Shown: positions 63,359-64,000 of the stretch, one piece after another
How the letters are laid out: each line of letters opens with the position of its first letter
How positions within the stretch are numbered: the first letter of the stretch is position 1
From: Paraspadella gotoi
Taxonomy: Eukaryota > Animalia > Chaetognatha
Length of the DNA stretch: 64,000 nt
Direction of reading: 5' to 3'
Assembly (NCBI GenBank): GCA_051294375.1
Contig: CM119271.1
Location: 11,870,560-11,934,559 of the forward strand
Made by a program: the position numbers and the translations under genes
The notes under the pieces: generated by a model
Told to the model about the DNA's origin: nothing
What the model saw: only the letters and a program-made list of their open reading frames with translations
Database searches by the model: none

Positions 63359-64000
63359 CATCTCGCACAAGAATGCAAAATGAGTCCAGGACAATAAAAA
63401 TAGATTCGGTCTCTCAAAAAACCGGAAGTCTGAATCCTCTCAACTTCCAAGTCGACCGAATCAAAGTTTTATACAAAAAGATTTAAACATAAATAAAACA
63501 AAAAAGTTATTTGAAATCGCGATGTTGCAGATGGACTATCGCTACATAGATACTTTCGCGAGCGCATGACTATAAAAAATGTATTTTTTATGAATAAATT
63601 CATTTATATTCTTAAGATATTGCGGAAAGATTTTAAAACATGTATTTTTGACATTGCAAACAAATCAGTTTATCAACGAACTTGAAGTGACCGAGAGGAA
63701 AGGGTGTAGCCATGCCCAGCTGACGGATACTGGATAGACCCACCCTTGCAGCGTTTCAACTGTTCAGTGAGTCAATTGCCTTATCGGATGCGGCTGAAAG
63801 CTGAAAGCTGAAAGCCCGCTACTTGTGATTAAAACGTCTCGTTTGCTCATTTGAAAAAAAACCCTTTCGACAAGGGCTAGAACCCTAGACTATTGTGTTA
63901 GGGGGAAGAAGCGTTAGCCCCGTACGCTAGGACAGCGGTAATACAAGGATCAGTCGTAATCAACGGGTAGTGATATTACGTCACTACAAGCTTACTTTAA

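Overview
Eukaryotic (metazoan-type) genomic DNA with GC-rich exons, AT-rich introns and abundant microsatellites. It has two compartments. (1) 0.7-35.2 kb holds nine tightly packed protein-coding genes, ALL on the minus strand. In transcription order they are: a long coiled-coil protein with SxIP/KEN motifs, VPS37-like, an intronless LRR-Ig-TM receptor, PFKFB, an unknown 492-aa ORF, GALNT10-like, intronless METAP2, a multi-C2H2 zinc-finger protein and KAT5/Tip60. Each is preceded by a splice-acceptor-like site shortly before its ATG, which suggests an operon or SL trans-splicing arrangement. (2) 36-64 kb is a (GA)n/minisatellite-rich region with no credible long ORF. It nevertheless carries a chain of about 18-20 short AG|exon|GT islands on the minus strand (10-80 nt, five of exactly 17 nt) that may form a micro-exon gene. 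About 5.6 kb of this region is duplicated across N-gaps, probably an assembly artefact. A recurrent oddity is tandem multiplication of real splice junctions (GALNT, PFKFB twice, VPS37), together with relaxed splice consensus (GTC/GTT donors, AAG acceptors). All exon structures were derived by hand and have not been checked against transcripts or databases.
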